IMG/VR virus record: IMGVR_UViG_3300037467_003067
Coordinates: 192,001 to 256,000 of that record
Strand: one strand, 5' to 3'
Source: a virus
Lineage: Duplodnaviria; Caudoviricetes
Length of the DNA stretch: 64,000 bases
Shown here: positions 63,453 through 64,000 of the stretch, in pieces
Numbering within the stretch: position 1 is the stretch's first letter
Layout: each line of letters opens with the position of its first letter
Notes under the pieces: model-generated
What the model saw: the letters and a program-made list of their open reading frames with translations, nothing else
Told to the model about the DNA's origin: nothing
Database searches by the model: none
Made by a program: the position numbers and the translations under genes

Positions 63453-63998
63453 ATGTCTGAAATAAATACATTGGATGAGTATCAGCAGGAAGCATTGAAG
63501 ACCGCGATGTTCGGTCCCGTCGACCATCCTTCCGTCCCTTACCTCATGCTTTGCTTTGATTCGATGGGCAAGATCGCAGAGAAAGCCAAGAAGGCTTTTC
63601 GCGACAAGGGAGGTGTCTTCGATGATTTCGACAAGGAAACCATCAGAGATGATTTCGTGTCGATCGATTTTCAAGGTAGTATTGCTCGACATGAAATCAG
63701 CTATGGGAAGCCAGGCTCCTTTGAACCGAATTCGATCCTCTATCCCTTGTTCGGCTTGATCGGTGAGTCGGGAGAGGTTGCCGGAAAGCTCCTGAAACTG
63801 GTCACGGGTAAGGACCGAAAATTGACGGATGAGGACAGGCTTGAGGTAGCTAAAGAATGCTCGGATGTGTTATGGTATATTTCTGCCCTTGCCAATGAAC
63901 TTGGTTACAGCCTCAGTGATATTGCTGAGATCAATTTGACCAAACTTCGCTCACGACGTGAGCGGGGGACTATCCAAGGAAACGGGGATAATAGATGA
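63453..63998 (+). CDS. MazG-like nucleotide pyrophosphohydrolase
   Basis: GLIGESGEV, KECSDVLWY, NLTKL..R..RGTIQGNGDNR. Confidence 0.9.
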   Translation: MSEINTLDEYQQEALKTAMFGPVDHPSVPYLMLCFDSMGKIAEKAKKAFRDKGGVFDDFDKETIRDDFVSIDFQGSIARHEISYGKPGSFEPNSILYPLFGLIGESGEVAGKLLKLVTGKDRKLTDEDRLEVAKECSDVLWYISALANELGYSLSDIAEINLTKLRSRRERGTIQGNGDNR

Positions 63999-64000
63999 CG

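Noticed and set aside
1-64000. Stop-codon reassignment, suggested by the release factor and many tRNAs
   Set aside because: Standard-code ORFs tile the window densely, all three stops end genes, and no CUA/UCA/UUA suppressor tRNA was found.

Overview
This window is part of a very large ('jumbo/huge') T4-like dsDNA phage genome in the standard genetic code. The host is probably a Planctomycetota bacterium (inference from a zinc-ribbon SpoVG and host-like pyrE/gcvH/tyrS). In order it holds: class II RNR and SbcCD; a ~10 kb envelope operon (two binding-protein/OmpA fusions, vWA, PspA-like, ABC transporter); pyrE, an AAA ATPase, gcvH and tyrS; and a 14-gene tRNA region with a mini EF-Ts and a truncated release factor. 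Further on are many accessory genes, three DNA methyltransferases, a UvsW-like helicase, a ~380-nt structured ncRNA and a thumb-less PolA-like gene. The top finding lies just upstream of the tRNA region: a promoter, an unannotated 25-codon leader ORF (MLLSLLSLFSFSSLLYSNLSIGGIS) and a strong terminator. Codons 2-17 of the leader specify only Leu/Ser/Phe/Tyr, the same four amino acids served by the downstream tRNAs. This suggests a ribosome-stalling attenuator that induces replacement tRNAs when host tRNAs are depleted. All calls come from motif reading by eye; no searches were run.
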